Source of the DNA: a bacterium
Lineage (GTDB): Bacteria > UBA8248
Direction of reading: 5' to 3'
NCBI GenBank assembly: GCA_965203325.1
Contig: OZ241875.1
Span: forward strand, 3,200,001-3,264,000
DNA: 64,000 bases
Position 1 is the first letter of the stretch; every line of letters begins with the position of its first letter. The translations under genes were made by a program, and so were the position numbers. Below, piece after piece: positions 11,910-23,360 of this stretch. The notes beneath the pieces were generated by a model. It searched no databases, was not told the origin of the DNA, and worked only from the letters and a program-made list of their open reading frames with translations.

Positions 11910-12164
11910 ATGGTCATTGATAAGTTGAATGCGCTTGAAACCGCGCTCTCGAATCTTTTGGAAGAACGTGATTCCCTCAGGCGCTCCCGGGCGGAGTTGG
12001 AGTCGCAACTCCAGAGGATGAGAGAGGAGGCCCGCGCCGATTCGGAATCCGTGCGCGCCCAGGCCGACGAGTTGGCGAAATGCCAGGCGGAAAACACGCG
12101 GCTTCAAGAAGAGCAAGCCGAGATTCGGGAGCGTGTGGAGAAGATTCTGACGCACATCGAGTAG
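11910..12164 (+). CDS. zapB: Coiled-coil cell division protein, ZapB-like
   Basis: Heptad coiled coil ending IRERVEKIL; directly upstream of zapA. Confidence 0.65.
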   Translation: MVIDKLNALETALSNLLEERDSLRRSRAELESQLQRMREEARADSESVRAQADELAKCQAENTRLQEEQAEIRERVEKILTHIE

Positions 12165-12206
12165 TTCGTCGAAAGCATGCAATACTAGGGCATAAGGAGA
12201 CAGCTT

Positions 12207-12485
12207 ATGGCCGGGGGGAATAAATTCGTGGTGGAGATTTTTGGTCATTCCCTGAACCTGAGAAGTTCAGCCGACTCGGAATATACACTGCAGCTCGCCG
12301 AGTATGTAGATTCTCAAATTCACAAGGTCTCACGCCAGTCGAACGATCCGATAAAGGTCGTTCTGCTGGCTTCGATGAACATCGCCAACGAGTTGTTCGA
12401 GGAGAGGGAAGCGAAAGAAAAAAGTGAGGAAACCCTCTCCCAACGCGCTGATTCTCTGTTGGAGATGGTGAGAAAAGCGGGCTGA
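12207..12485 (+). CDS. zapA: Cell division protein ZapA
   Basis: VEIFGHSLNL...LAEYVD...LASMNIANE pattern; precedes 6S RNA. Confidence 0.85.
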   Translation: MAGGNKFVVEIFGHSLNLRSSADSEYTLQLAEYVDSQIHKVSRQSNDPIKVVLLASMNIANELFEEREAKEKSEETLSQRADSLLEMVRKAG

Positions 12486-12560
12486 CCAGTCGTTTTCTCC
12501 ACGCAGTAGCTTCTTCCTGTATTCATCCCCAAGTTTTAGTGTCATAATGCTTCTTTGCTT

Positions 12561-12740
12561 TGACCCTGCCGTGTTCGTGATGGGGGAAAGCATTTTGACC
12601 CAGTACTATTGTACCGGGAGTCCTGACCCAGGGTGGTGAGCTATTCCTCTCGGGGAGTTCAGCCTAAAGCCATGGAAGTGGACGCCCACCTGGCGAAAGC
12701 TGGGTTCAAAGCGAACCTCACACGGCACAAGGCGGGGTCA
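12561..12740 (+). ncRNA. ssrS: 6S RNA
   Basis: About 180 nt with complementary ends (TGACCCTGCC...GGCGGGGTCA), internal TTTGACCCAG/CTGGGTTCAAA pairing, canonical zapA-ssrS-ygfA position, CATAAT -10 upstream. Confidence 0.88.
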
Positions 12741-12819
12741 TTACTAACATGGACCTCGAGTCTGGTTGAGAGATTTCCGCTCGTGTTCATGAAGACTCGG
12801 GTGTGGTGAAAGAGGATTC

Positions 12820-13437
12820 ATGGCCGAATCAGACATGGAGAAACGCGACGTTCGGCTGAAGATGAAGGAGATGAGAGCACAATTCCCCCCTGCCGAGGCC
12901 GGTGTGTCGAGCCGCCTGGCGGGACGGCGCCTGGAAGCTTTTCTGGTTTTCATGGGCGCGTGCAGGGTGGGGATATATGCGGCGGTTCGCGGTGAGATGG
13001 ACTTCTCGTCGCTCTGGAGTGAAGGCAGCGATGCGAAAAGGACATATTGCTTCCCCCGGGTGGGGAAAGATGTTTTGCACTTCTGTCCGGTGAATCATCC
13101 CGAGGAGGAACTTCAGCCGGGCACGCTTCGAATTCCAGAACCTGTTCGCGATATTCCACCCCTGAACCTGAATGAACTCGATGTGGTCGTGATCCCCGGC
13201 CTTGCGTTCGATCTCTACGGCGGTCGGCTGGGAACCGGCGGGGGATTCTACGATCGCACGTTGCAGGGGCGCCGCGGCGGCCCGGAGCAGTCCGGCCCTC
13301 TTCTGGTAGGCGCTTGTTATGCGTTTCAGTTGCTCGTCGGTGAATCCTGGAAGCGCGATGTCTGGGATGTCGGCGTTGATTGGGTGATAACCGATCGGGA
13401 GGCGCTGCGTTGCCTTCCACGTGAATATATGCCCTAG
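12820..13437 (+). CDS. ygfA: 5-formyltetrahydrofolate cyclo-ligase
   Basis: IPEP, PGLAFD, RLGTGGGFYDR, WDVGVD; downstream of 6S. Confidence 0.92.
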   Translation: MAESDMEKRDVRLKMKEMRAQFPPAEAGVSSRLAGRRLEAFLVFMGACRVGIYAAVRGEMDFSSLWSEGSDAKRTYCFPRVGKDVLHFCPVNHPEEELQPGTLRIPEPVRDIPPLNLNELDVVVIPGLAFDLYGGRLGTGGGFYDRTLQGRRGGPEQSGPLLVGACYAFQLLVGESWKRDVWDVGVDWVITDREALRCLPREYMP

Positions 13438-13446
13438 GAGGCGGAT

Positions 13447-15030
13447 ATGGATAACGTGGTTTTGTGGCAGATAGCCGTTGTTGCAGTCGCCGTCGTGTGT
13501 GTGGCGGTGTTGTTGGGCATGCGGGCGATGAAGCGCCGGCATGAAGAGACGGTGGCCCGTCAGGAGGCGGACGCCGATAAGCGGATTCAGCAGATCAACG
13601 AGAACGCGGCCAAGGAACTCGCGCAGAAGATTCAGGAATCGCAGGTCGCGCACAAGGCGGAATTGCTGCAGGAAAGAGAGCGCATCGAGCGGGAGAACAA
13701 ATCCCGCGTGGATGAGCTTCAAAAGCTCGAACAAAGGGTGAACCAGCGCGAAGAGATGCTGGACAGGCGACGCGAGAGCCTCGACGGCAAGGAGGCGGCG
13801 GTCGAGCGCCGCGAGACAGAATTGAGCGTAAAGGAACAGGATCTGAAGCGCGAGGAGGCGCGCTACAAGCAACTCCAGGAAGAAGAGATCAGAAAGCTCG
13901 AGGAAATTTCGGGCCTCAGTGTCGAGAACGCGAAGCAAGAACTCAAGGATCGCTTCATGGAGGAGGCGAAACAGGACATCGCCGCCGAGGTCCAGCGCCT
14001 CGAACGCCGGGCCAGGAGCACCATGGAAGCCGATGCGAGACAGGCACTCGCCCTGGCCGTGGAGCGCTTCTCCTCCGAACACGTCGCGGAAAATCTGGTG
14101 AGTGTGGTGGATTTGCCGACCGATGAGATGAAAGGCCGCATCATCGGCCGCGAGGGTCGGAACATACGCGCCCTCGAGATGGCGACCGGCGTGGACGTGA
14201 TCATCGACGATACGCCCGAGGCCGTCGTCGTCTCGGGTTTCGACAAGGTTCGCCGCGAGACGGCGCGCCTGGCGCTCGAAGCGCTCGTGCAGGACGGGAG
14301 AATCCACCCGGGCCGAATCGAGGACATCGTCAACAAGACGAAAAAAGACATCGATTCCCAGATACGGCAGGCGGGCGAGGAGGCCGTGATGGAACTCGGG
14401 GTCGGCGACGTGCATCCCGAACTCGTGAACATGCTGGGGCGGCTCAGATACCGCACGAGCTACAGCCAGAACGCGCTCATGCACTCCAAGGAGGTGGCCT
14501 ATCTCGCCGGGATGCTGGCGGATGAGTTGCGCATTGACCCTACGATGGCGAAGCGCGCCGGCTTGTTTCACGATATCGGCAAGGCGGCGACGCACGAGGT
14601 CGAGGGCTCTCACGTCCAGATAGGCTACGACATCGCCAAGCGCTACAACGAGCCGTCCGAGGTCTTGAACGCCATCGTTTCCCACCATGAGGACGAGGAG
14701 GCGAATTGCATCGAATCCGTCCTGGTGAAGGCGGCCGATACGCTTTCCGCCGCCCGGCCGGGGGCGAGGCGCGAGATGGTGGAAAGCTACATCAAGCGCC
14801 TCGAAGCGCTCGAGAAAATCGCCGAATCCTTCAATGGCGTGGAGAAGTGCTTCGCCATTCAGGCGGGACGGGAGATTCGCGTGTCGGTCCTGCCCGATGA
14901 GGTCACCGACTCGCAGGCCACGTTCCTGGCGCGGGACATCGCCAAGAGAATCGAGAGCGAACGCACGTATCCGGGTGAGATTCTCGTCACCGTCATTCGT
15001 GAAACCCGCCACGTGGCCACTGCGCGCTGA
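13447..15030 (+). CDS. rny: Ribonuclease Y
   Basis: N-terminal TM, coiled coil, KH ([14 protein letters not shown]), HD (FHDIGK). Confidence 0.96.
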   Translation: MDNVVLWQIAVVAVAVVCVAVLLGMRAMKRRHEETVARQEADADKRIQQINENAAKELAQKIQESQVAHKAELLQERERIERENKSRVDELQKLEQRVNQREEMLDRRRESLDGKEAAVERRETELSVKEQDLKREEARYKQLQEEEIRKLEEISGLSVENAKQELKDRFMEEAKQDIAAEVQRLERRARSTMEADARQALALAVERFSSEHVAENLVSVVDLPTDEMKGRIIGREGRNIRALEMATGVDVIIDDTPEAVVVSGFDKVRRETARLALEALVQDGRIHPGRIEDIVNKTKKDIDSQIRQAGEEAVMELGVGDVHPELVNMLGRLRYRTSYSQNALMHSKEVAYLAGMLADELRIDPTMAKRAGLFHDIGKAATHEVEGSHVQIGYDIAKRYNEPSEVLNAIVSHHEDEEANCIESVLVKAADTLSAARPGARREMVESYIKRLEALEKIAESFNGVEKCFAIQAGREIRVSVLPDEVTDSQATFLARDIAKRIESERTYPGEILVTVIRETRHVATAR

Positions 15031-15037
15031 GGTAGTC

Positions 15038-15823
15038 TTGAGGCTTCTTTTCGTCGGGGACGTCACGGGAAAAGTAGGTCGCCGGATGGCCTGCGCTTAT
15101 CTGGGGGAACTCAGGGAAAAACACGCGGTCGACGTGTGTGTCATCAACGGGGAGAACGCGGCCGGCGGCTTCGGGATCAACAACACGCACGTCGATGAAT
15201 TGCTCGATGCGGGGGCGGACGTCATCACCTCGGGGAATCACATCTGGAACCGCAAGGAAACGGCCGATTTCATATTGCGCGAACCCCGGCTGCTCCGGCC
15301 CGGGAACTACCCGCCCCGAACGCCGGGCAAGGGCGTCTTCGTCCTGGAATCCGAAAAAGGACGCATCGCCGTGTTGAACCTCATGGGCCGCGTCTTCATG
15401 CCGCCCATTGAATGTCCTTTCCGGGAAGCCGACGATCTCATCAGACGGGTGGGGGGAGAGACGAAGATGGTGATGGTCGATTTCCACGCGGAGGCTACGA
15501 GCGAGAAAGTAGCCATGGGCTGGCATCTCGACGGTCGCGTGAGCGCCGTCTTCGGCACGCATACGCACATCCAGACGGCGGACGAGCGGGTGCTGCCCAG
15601 GGGAACGGCCTTCATCACGGACGTCGGCATGACGGGGCCGCGTAATTCCATCATCGGCATGAAGACGGAGATTGTTCTGGATAAATTCATATCCGGGCTT
15701 CCGCGACGCTTCGAAGTGGCCGGAGGCGAGGGACAGCTCAACGGCGCGCTCGTCGAGATAGCCCCGGATACCGGAAAAGCGCTTTCGATCGAGCGTGTCC
15801 AGGTCTTGGAGGGAGAGCGCTAG
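15038..15823 (+). CDS. ymdB: YmdB-like metallophosphoesterase
   Basis: GDVTG, NGENAAGG, GNHIW, DFHAEATSEK, GTHTH; TTG start after rny. Confidence 0.93.
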   Translation: MRLLFVGDVTGKVGRRMACAYLGELREKHAVDVCVINGENAAGGFGINNTHVDELLDAGADVITSGNHIWNRKETADFILREPRLLRPGNYPPRTPGKGVFVLESEKGRIAVLNLMGRVFMPPIECPFREADDLIRRVGGETKMVMVDFHAEATSEKVAMGWHLDGRVSAVFGTHTHIQTADERVLPRGTAFITDVGMTGPRNSIIGMKTEIVLDKFISGLPRRFEVAGGEGQLNGALVEIAPDTGKALSIERVQVLEGER

Positions 15824-15860
15824 CGGTCGCGCCCGTTTCCCCTTCATCCCGATGAAGGTT

Positions 15861-16466
15861 TCAGTGTCCGTTTCTGTGAGTGGACTTCTCGTAGTCGGTG
15901 ATGGCGAATCTGGAGGGGTCATCCTTTTTGAGAAATACGAGCAGCCGCTTCAGGCGCCATTCGAGGGAGCGCGACCCCAGGAAGGCCTGTTTTTCCCGAA
16001 GCGGCAGCCTGAGAACCTCGGCGACGGCGAAAGAAAGGCGGAGCGGGTCTTCCAGCAATTCATCGGGCAAATTCTGAGGCGCAGAACCGCTTTTTTCGAG
16101 AGCGTCCCACACCATCCGGCATAATTCCGTGGGGTCGTCGCCCTCCTCATCATGAAAATCGCTCACCTCCGCCTCGAAATAGGGCCGGGTGTCATAAACG
16201 CGGAAAACTTCGAAGCGCTGCTCGCCCAGGGTGAGGATGTTCATCCTGCCGTCGGGAAATTTTTCGAGCACCTGGGTGATGCGGGCCGCGCATCCGATTT
16301 TATGGATGCCGCCTTTCCCCACCAGAACAATCCCGAAGGGCGCGTCGTCCTCGATGCACTCGCCGATCATGATCTTGTAGCGTTCCTCGAAAATGTGCAG
16401 GGGCAGTCGCTGACCCGGCAAGAGTACGACCTGAAGCGGGAACAGGGGCAGGCGATAGGTAGTCAT
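15861..16466 (-). CDS. Stand-alone LON substrate-binding (Lon N-terminal) domain protein
   Basis: LPLFPLQVVLLPG...LHIFEERY...DGR...GEQRF. Confidence 0.88.
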   Translation of the reverse strand: MTTYRLPLFPLQVVLLPGQRLPLHIFEERYKIMIGECIEDDAPFGIVLVGKGGIHKIGCAARITQVLEKFPDGRMNILTLGEQRFEVFRVYDTRPYFEAEVSDFHDEEGDDPTELCRMVWDALEKSGSAPQNLPDELLEDPLRLSFAVAEVLRLPLREKQAFLGSRSLEWRLKRLLVFLKKDDPSRFAITDYEKSTHRNGH

Positions 16467-16662
16467 GAGAAAATTGTAACTTGAATCGCCCGATTTTGAA
16501 ATTCGCGAGAAATTCTCCCGAAACCCGGCGCGATGGATATCGCTCCCTGCAATGGTCTTGCAATTCGCCTCTAGCTGGCCTGATTGCGCGCGAATATGAT
16601 ATTTTGTTCCCCATTGAGACCAAGGCGTCATCCGGATTCTCGTTTTACGGAGGTTTCTCACG

Positions 16663-18291
16663 ATGAGCGAGCCGAGCATCGCCACGGCCCAAAGGGCCTG
16701 GAGCGAACGTGCGGAGGAGGGGGGTAGAGCCACCCTCTCGGGCATCGCGCTTCCGGCGTTTTTCGGTCCGGGTGAGGTGGATCCGGGAACCTCCGATGAG
16801 AAGCCGGGCGCGCATCCCTACACGCGCGGCATCTACGAGAACATGTACCGGGGCCGGCTCTGGACGATGCGCCAATACGCCGGTTTCGGCAGCGCGCGGG
16901 AGAGCAACCACCGCTACCGCTATCTCCTCGACCACGGACAGATGGGGATTTCCGTGGCGTTCGATCTGCCCACCCAGATAGGCTACGACCCGGATCATCC
17001 CCTGGTCTTTGGCGAAGTGGGCCGCGTGGGGGTGTCCATCGCCTCTATCGAGGACATGGAGGTTCTGCTCGACGACATCCCGCTGGACAAGATTTCCACG
17101 TCGATGACCATCAACGCCACCGCGCCCATCCTGCTGGCTCTCTACGTCGCGGTGGCCGAGAAGCACGGCATTCCCTCCGAAGCGCTCCGGGGTACCGTGC
17201 AGAACGACATTTTGAAGGAATACATCTCGCGCGGGACCTACATTTATCCGCCAGAAGCGAGCCTGCGCCTCATTACAGACACCATGGAGTTCTGCAAGGA
17301 CAGGGTTCCCAAATGGAACGCCATATCGATCAGCGGCTACCACATCCGCGAGGCGGGCTCGACCGCCGTTCAGGAGGTCGCGTTCACGCTCGCGAACGCC
17401 ATCACCTATGTGGAGGCCGCGGTCGCTTCAGGACTGAACGTGGATGAGCTCGGCTCGCACATCTCGTTTTTCTTCAACGTCCACAATCATTTTCTGGAAG
17501 AGATCGCAAAATTCCGCGCCGCGAGGAAGCTTTGGGCGCGGATCATGCGCGAGCGCTTCGGGGCGCGTTCGGAGAAGGCGTGCATGCTGCGGTTTCACTC
17601 CCAGACCGCCGGCAGCGCGCTGACCGCCCAGCAGCCGAAAAACAACGTCGTGCGCGTTGCTCTTCAGGCGATGGCCGCTGTGCTGGGGGGCACGCAGTCG
17701 CTTCACACGAATTCGATGGACGAGGCGCTCTCCCTTCCCACGGAGGATGCGGCGAGGCTCGCGCTCAGAACCCAGCAGATACTCGCCGAGGAATCGAACG
17801 TGCCGAACGTGGCGGACCCGTGCGGCGGGGCGTACGCCATCGAGGCGCTGACGTCCGAAATTGTCTCCCGTGCAGAGGAGATCATCCAGCATATCGACGA
17901 TATCGGCGGCATGCTCCACGCCATCGAGACGGGGTGGGTGCAGCACCAGATTCAGGACAGCGCCTATGCCTACCAGCGCCTCGTCGATGAAGGGGAGATG
18001 GTCGTCGTCGGCGTGAACCGCTATCAACAGGAGGAAGAGGCGCCCATCTCGACGCTCCAGATTCGCCCCGAGGTCGAAGGAGAACAGAAGGAGCGTGTCG
18101 AGTCGCTGAGGATACGGCGCCACGCCGATCGTACGAGCGAGGCGCTCGACGCCTTGAGTCACGCGGCCAGGAGCGATGACAATCTTCTGCCCTACATCCT
18201 GAGGGCGGTAAAGGCCGAGGCCACGGTCGGAGAAATCGCGGACACCATGCGTGAGGTTTTCGGCCTCTATCAGCAAGACGTCGCCATCTGA
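16663..18291 (+). CDS. Methylmalonyl-CoA mutase family, substrate-binding large subunit (no B12 domain)
   Basis: [39 protein letters not shown]; no DxHxxG. Confidence 0.93.
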   Translation: MSEPSIATAQRAWSERAEEGGRATLSGIALPAFFGPGEVDPGTSDEKPGAHPYTRGIYENMYRGRLWTMRQYAGFGSARESNHRYRYLLDHGQMGISVAFDLPTQIGYDPDHPLVFGEVGRVGVSIASIEDMEVLLDDIPLDKISTSMTINATAPILLALYVAVAEKHGIPSEALRGTVQNDILKEYISRGTYIYPPEASLRLITDTMEFCKDRVPKWNAISISGYHIREAGSTAVQEVAFTLANAITYVEAAVASGLNVDELGSHISFFFNVHNHFLEEIAKFRAARKLWARIMRERFGARSEKACMLRFHSQTAGSALTAQQPKNNVVRVALQAMAAVLGGTQSLHTNSMDEALSLPTEDAARLALRTQQILAEESNVPNVADPCGGAYAIEALTSEIVSRAEEIIQHIDDIGGMLHAIETGWVQHQIQDSAYAYQRLVDEGEMVVVGVNRYQQEEEAPISTLQIRPEVEGEQKERVESLRIRRHADRTSEALDALSHAARSDDNLLPYILRAVKAEATVGEIADTMREVFGLYQQDVAI

Positions 18292-18357
18292 AACGGACAG
18301 GATGTAACTTGCCGCTGAACTTTGGACATCAGGGGTATCATCTGGAGAAATGAATTT

Positions 18358-21003
18358 ATGAAGGGCAATGAGGTCCGCCAGAAATTTCTCGAATTCTTCG
18401 CCGACGAGTCGCACAGGATCGTTCGCAGCTCCAGCCTGGTGCCCATGAACGACCCCACCTTGTTGTTCACCAACGCGGGCATGGTCCAGTTCAAGGACGT
18501 GTTCACGGGACTGGAGAAGCGCGACTACAACCGTGCGGTGAGTTCCCAGAAATGCCTGCGGGTGAGCGGCAAGCACAACGATCTGGAAAACGTCGGCCGA
18601 ACGGCCCGGCACCACACGTTTTTCGAGATGCTGGGCAACTTCTCCTTCGGCCAGTATTTCAAGGAAAAGGCGATCGAGTTCGGCTGGGAGTTTCTGATCA
18701 ACCGCGTGGGTCTCGATGGGGATCGCATGTGGATCACCGTCTTCAGGGAGGACGACGAGGCGGCGGAGCTTTGGCAGCGGCTCGTCGGCGTCCCGCCCGA
18801 GCGCATCGTCCGCATGGATGAGAAGGACAACTTCTGGGCGATGGGGGATACCGGTCCCTGCGGCCCGTGTTCGGAACTCATTTATGACCAGGGAGACCAC
18901 ATCGTCGGCGCGCCGCCTGGCAGCGGACACGAGGATGAGGACGGGGATCGCTATCTCGAACTCTGGAACCTGGTGTTCATGCAGTTCAACCGGGAGGCTT
19001 CGGGCAAGATGGAGCCGCTGCCCAAGCCCTCCGTCGATACGGGAATGGGCCTCGAACGCCTCGCGGCGGTGGTGCAGAAAGAAGACAGCAATTACCACAC
19101 CGACCTCTTGATGCCTCTCATTCATTCGGTCGAGGAGCGCTGCGGCAAGGAGTACACCGGCGGTGACGCTCCGAACGACGTTTCTTTCCGCGTCATCGCG
19201 GACCACGTTCGCGCGGTCAGCTTCCTGGTGGCCGACGGCGTTCTGCCGAGCAACGAGGGCCGGGGCTACGTGCTGAGGCGCGTGGCGAGGCGGGCCTTGC
19301 GGCACGGCAGGATGCTGGGCATCGAGGGGCCGTTCCTGCACCGGACCGTGGGGGTGGTGTCCGATATGATGGGTAATGCCTTCCCCGAACTCAGGGAGGG
19401 CTTGAGCTACATCTCCCGCGTCACGCTGGCCGAAGAAGAGAGGTTCGCCAACACCCTCGCGCAGGGCCAGCCGCGCATGGACGCGCTGGCGGAAGAGGTG
19501 AAATCATCGGGCAGCGCCACCATTCCGGGCGGGGAGGTGTTCACCCTGCTCGACACCTATGGCTATCCGTGGGATCTGGCGGTGGAAACGGCCGCATTCC
19601 ATGGCCTCGAGATAGACCAGGGCGGTTTCGATGAGGCGATGGAGCAGCAGCGCGAGCGCGCCCGCGCCCACTGGAAGGGTTCGGGTGAGGCCGCCGTCGA
19701 TGAAATCTGGCATCAGGTGCGCGATGAGACGGGCGCGAACGAGTTCACCGGTTATGATCACGATGAGGAAGAAGCCCAGGTACGCGCCATCATCTTGGAT
19801 GGCGCGCTGTGCGATGAAGCCGGTGAGGGAACCGAGGCGCGCGTCGTTCTCGACAAGACGCCGTTTTACGGCGAAGCGGGCGGACAGGAAGGCGACAAGG
19901 GCGGGTTTTCCTGGCCCGATGGCGCCACGCTCGTGCTCGACACGCAGAAACCGCTCCCCGACGTGTATGTCCATCACGTCAAGGTGACGGAAGGAACCTT
20001 GAAGAAGGGGCAAAGTCTTACTGCGCAAATCGACGCGGAAAGACGCGATCTTTTAAGGCGCAATCACTCGGCCACCCACCTGCTGCAATACGCGCTGCGC
20101 CAGGTTCTGGGAGATCATGTAAAACAGGCGGGTTCCCACCTTTCGCCGGATAGGCTTCGTTTCGACTACACCCACTTCACGGCGATGACGGCGCGTGAGC
20201 GCGAAAGGGTGGAGGACATCGTGAACGAGCGCATTCGCGAGAACGCGGGTGTGGAGACGCGCCACATGTCGATAGACGACGCGCTGGCTGCAGGCGCGAC
20301 GGCGCTCTTCGGCGAGCGGTATGGAGAAGACGTGCGCGTCGTCTCCGTGGGCGATTTCAGCATGGAGCTTTGCGGGGGTACGCATGCGCGCGCCGCGGGC
20401 GACATCGGGTTTTTTCGCATCCTGCACGAGGGCAGCGTGGCTGCCGGCGTGAGGCGCATCGAAGCCTTGACGGGCGAGGGCGCGCTCTTGCAAGCCCGCA
20501 AGGAACAACACGTTCTCTCTGAAATCGGGGAACTCACCAGAGCGGCACCGCTTGAGGAAGCCGAACGCGTGAGGCGCCTGCTCGATCGCGTGAAGACGCT
20601 TGAGCGTGAACTCAAAGATTCGCGCGACAGGCAATCACGCGATGAGATGGGCGATCTGGCTTCCGAGGCCAAAGAAATTTCAGGCGTCAAGCTCCTTGCC
20701 GTGAGGCGCGACGGACTTCAGGCGGGCGATTTGCGCGGAATCGTCGACGCGGCGAAGGGGAAGCTGCAAAGCGGCGTCGCTGTGGTCGCCGCCGTGACGG
20801 ACGGGAAGGTCGCCATCGCCGCGGGCGTAACGAAAGACCTTACGTCTCGCATTCATGCCGGGAATCTGGTGAAAGAGGTGGCCTCGCTCGTCGGCGGCAG
20901 AGGCGGGGGCCGGCAGGACTTCGCGCAAGCGGGCGGCAAGGATGTCGAAAAGGTGGACGACGCCCTCGCCGCTGTTCCCGGACTCATCGAGAAAATGAAA
21001 TAA
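18358..21003 (+). CDS. alaS: Alanine--tRNA ligase
   Basis: DPTLLFTNAGM, HHTFFEMLGNF, DTGMGLERL, NHSATH, ELCGGTH. Confidence 0.98.
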   Translation: MKGNEVRQKFLEFFADESHRIVRSSSLVPMNDPTLLFTNAGMVQFKDVFTGLEKRDYNRAVSSQKCLRVSGKHNDLENVGRTARHHTFFEMLGNFSFGQYFKEKAIEFGWEFLINRVGLDGDRMWITVFREDDEAAELWQRLVGVPPERIVRMDEKDNFWAMGDTGPCGPCSELIYDQGDHIVGAPPGSGHEDEDGDRYLELWNLVFMQFNREASGKMEPLPKPSVDTGMGLERLAAVVQKEDSNYHTDLLMPLIHSVEERCGKEYTGGDAPNDVSFRVIADHVRAVSFLVADGVLPSNEGRGYVLRRVARRALRHGRMLGIEGPFLHRTVGVVSDMMGNAFPELREGLSYISRVTLAEEERFANTLAQGQPRMDALAEEVKSSGSATIPGGEVFTLLDTYGYPWDLAVETAAFHGLEIDQGGFDEAMEQQRERARAHWKGSGEAAVDEIWHQVRDETGANEFTGYDHDEEEAQVRAIILDGALCDEAGEGTEARVVLDKTPFYGEAGGQEGDKGGFSWPDGATLVLDTQKPLPDVYVHHVKVTEGTLKKGQSLTAQIDAERRDLLRRNHSATHLLQYALRQVLGDHVKQAGSHLSPDRLRFDYTHFTAMTARERERVEDIVNERIRENAGVETRHMSIDDALAAGATALFGERYGEDVRVVSVGDFSMELCGGTHARAAGDIGFFRILHEGSVAAGVRRIEALTGEGALLQARKEQHVLSEIGELTRAAPLEEAERVRRLLDRVKTLERELKDSRDRQSRDEMGDLASEAKEISGVKLLAVRRDGLQAGDLRGIVDAAKGKLQSGVAVVAAVTDGKVAIAAGVTKDLTSRIHAGNLVKEVASLVGGRGGGRQDFAQAGGKDVEKVDDALAAVPGLIEKMK

Positions 21004-21049
21004 TCACCGCACAACCGCGCTTGGTTCAGGCGGGTTTATTGCGGCATTT

Positions 21050-22249
21050 TTGTTTCGGAGAACGTTTTTGAGAGATACGGCCGTGGCCGGCGCCGTTCCA
21101 GAGCGCCTCAAGAAAAGAAGAATCTCCGTCCTCATCGTCGCTCACATCGCGAACGACAGCTATTTCGGTTTTCTCCCGCCGCTGCTCCCCCTCATCGTGG
21201 AGCGCATGGATCTGCCCTTGAGTCTGGCGGGCCTTCTGGCGACCACGCTTTCCGTCACCGGCGCCGTGGGTCAGCCTCTTTTCGGCTATTTCGCCGACAG
21301 GATCAGGAAAGGGTGGCTCCTGGCGCTCGGGCCGCTGGGTGGCGCGCTTCTGGCGTTCATGCTCTACATGCCGAATTTCTGGATACTCATGCTGCTCATG
21401 CTGGTCGCGGGCTCGGGGTCGGCTTGTTTTCATCCCGTGGCTTCTGTCATCGCCGGCCAGTCTGCCGGCGCGAGAAAAGGGTTCGGCATGTCGCTCTACG
21501 TCGCAGGTGGCCGCCTGGGCGTGGGGATAGGTTCGGGGATGGCGACGTTCATCGTCACCCGGTGGGGCATCGACGCCATGCCGTACGCCAGCCTCGTCGG
21601 CATCATTATCGGGTTTCCCTTGTTTTTCTTCTCTCCGCCTATCCGTGACGTCGGGCGCGGGGCTTCGCAAACTTTCATGCAGACGATGCGCACGCTCCGG
21701 ATCGTGTTCCGCCCGCTTTTCCTGCTTTGGGTCGTGAACCTGTGCCGCACCACGGTGACGATGACGGTGCAGGTATTCTTGCCGATTTACATTATCGCCA
21801 AAGGCGGTTCGCTGGCCGCGGGTGGAACGTCCGTCACCCTGTTTCTGGTCGCCGCGGCGATAGGCGGCATCTACGGCGGACATCTCTCCGACATCTTCGG
21901 CAGGCGGATCGTGACGATCATGTCCATCTGCGTGGGCACGCCCGCTTTGGGCCTGGCTTTTCTGTTCGATGAGCCCTTGCGGACCGTCTTCGTCATACTC
22001 TCGGGCGCCGCTTTCTATGCGCAGATGGGGGTTTCTGTGACGTACGCGCAGGAGATCGCCCCCGAACACGCTGCCCTGGTGAGCAGCTTCATGCTCGGGG
22101 TGGTCTGGTTCGTGGCGAGCATCGGGATGATCGCCGTGGGCGGCCTGGCTGATTACATCGGTGTGGAAACGGCCCTGCCCCTGGTCTGCATGGCGTTCGG
22201 CGTCGTGGGTTCGTTCCTCTCTTTCGGACTACCCAAAGAGACGGCTTAG
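21050..22249 (+). CDS. MFS transporter (Fsr-like); start uncertain
   Basis: About 12 TM; HIANDSY, QPLFGYFADR, FHP, GGHLSDIFGRR. Confidence 0.85.
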   Translation: MFRRTFLRDTAVAGAVPERLKKRRISVLIVAHIANDSYFGFLPPLLPLIVERMDLPLSLAGLLATTLSVTGAVGQPLFGYFADRIRKGWLLALGPLGGALLAFMLYMPNFWILMLLMLVAGSGSACFHPVASVIAGQSAGARKGFGMSLYVAGGRLGVGIGSGMATFIVTRWGIDAMPYASLVGIIIGFPLFFFSPPIRDVGRGASQTFMQTMRTLRIVFRPLFLLWVVNLCRTTVTMTVQVFLPIYIIAKGGSLAAGGTSVTLFLVAAAIGGIYGGHLSDIFGRRIVTIMSICVGTPALGLAFLFDEPLRTVFVILSGAAFYAQMGVSVTYAQEIAPEHAALVSSFMLGVVWFVASIGMIAVGGLADYIGVETALPLVCMAFGVVGSFLSFGLPKETA

Positions 22250-22253
22250 AGAC

Positions 22254-22646
22254 ATGTCGAAAAATTTCAAACCCCTGGCCGTGGAACGCGAGATAGCCGA
22301 GGAGATGGCTTCAACGCTCGGCCGCATCGGCAGCGAGTTCTCCAAGCGCCATCAGAGGGCGTGGGCTGCCTGGCGCGCCTGGGAGAAGGGGCAAGAGTTC
22401 GGCGATAATATCAGGGAAAGGCTCGAGCGCGCGCTCCATGGCGCGATGGATGAAGCGGAGCGCTACCGGTATTTCCTCATCGTGCAAAGAGAGGCGATGG
22501 GACTTCGAAACCATGCGGAGGTGAACCGCAAATACCCGCTGCCTCGCGTGCCGGGCAGGCCGCCCGCGGCGGGCGACCCCACTAGCCCTCGTCTCGCTTG
22601 GCCCGGAGGATTTTCACGAGGTTGGCGTAGGAAGTTCTCCGGATGA
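22254..22646 (+). CDS. Hypothetical protein resembling DUF6665
   Basis: EIAEEMASTLGRIG...LIVQREAMGLRNH pattern recalled from the family; overlaps the convergent mlaC 3' end. Confidence 0.55.
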   Translation: MSKNFKPLAVEREIAEEMASTLGRIGSEFSKRHQRAWAAWRAWEKGQEFGDNIRERLERALHGAMDEAERYRYFLIVQREAMGLRNHAEVNRKYPLPRVPGRPPAAGDPTSPRLAWPGGFSRGWRRKFSG

Positions 22647-23187
22647 TGGATCGGAACTGGTCGCGGTAGTTTTTCACCAGGCTCACGCCCTCCACCACAA
22701 CGTCGTAGACGCGCCATTCGCCTCCCACTTTGTGCAGGCGGTAGACGATGTCGACCTCTTTCTTGTCCATTGTGATGATGACGGTGTTGACCTTGGCGAA
22801 TTCCTCGTCGATGCTCTCTTTTCCGAGAACGACTTTCTCGTTGGTGTAGCTTTCCAGCGTGCCGGCGTAGTTGCGTTCCATGAAATAGCTGAAAAGCTCG
22901 ATGAATTCGGTCTTCTCCTCGGGCGTGCGTTTTCTCCACGCCCTCGCGAGGCTTCGCCGGGACATTTCCTCGAAATCAAAGTGCCTGTGGATGATCTCGC
23001 GCATCCGGTTTCTGCGTTCCGCTTTTTTCTCAGGCGCCTTCAAATCGGGCTGGCCGAGGATCTCCAACACCCCGTGTATCCCCTTTCGCACGACTTCGGA
23101 CGGCTCTCCCGCCTGAGCGAGCGGCGCGAGAAGCGCACAGGCGAATAGGGTGGCCATAAGAAGCTGTAGACGCTTTTTCAAAAGCAT
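22582..23187 (-). CDS. mlaC: Phospholipid-binding protein MlaC/Ttg2D
   Basis: Signal peptide, FDFEEMSRRSL, WRVYDVVVEGVSLVKNYRDQF. Confidence 0.92.
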   Translation of the reverse strand: MLLKKRLQLLMATLFACALLAPLAQAGEPSEVVRKGIHGVLEILGQPDLKAPEKKAERRNRMREIIHRHFDFEEMSRRSLARAWRKRTPEEKTEFIELFSYFMERNYAGTLESYTNEKVVLGKESIDEEFAKVNTVIITMDKKEVDIVYRLHKVGGEWRVYDVVVEGVSLVKNYRDQFRSIIRRTSYANLVKILRAKRDEG

Positions 23188-23360
23188 GGGTTCTCCTCGT
23201 GGGGGAATGACTGAATTCGGGCGTGGCGGCAAAACGTGGATGATGTAATGATGTTTATATGTTTTCCGGCTCTCTCGATTCTGGGTCCGCTAGCGCGAAG
23301 CACTCATTGACGAACAGATTGTCGGTCATCTTCCAGTGTTTTTTCAGGCGGCGATGCCCG

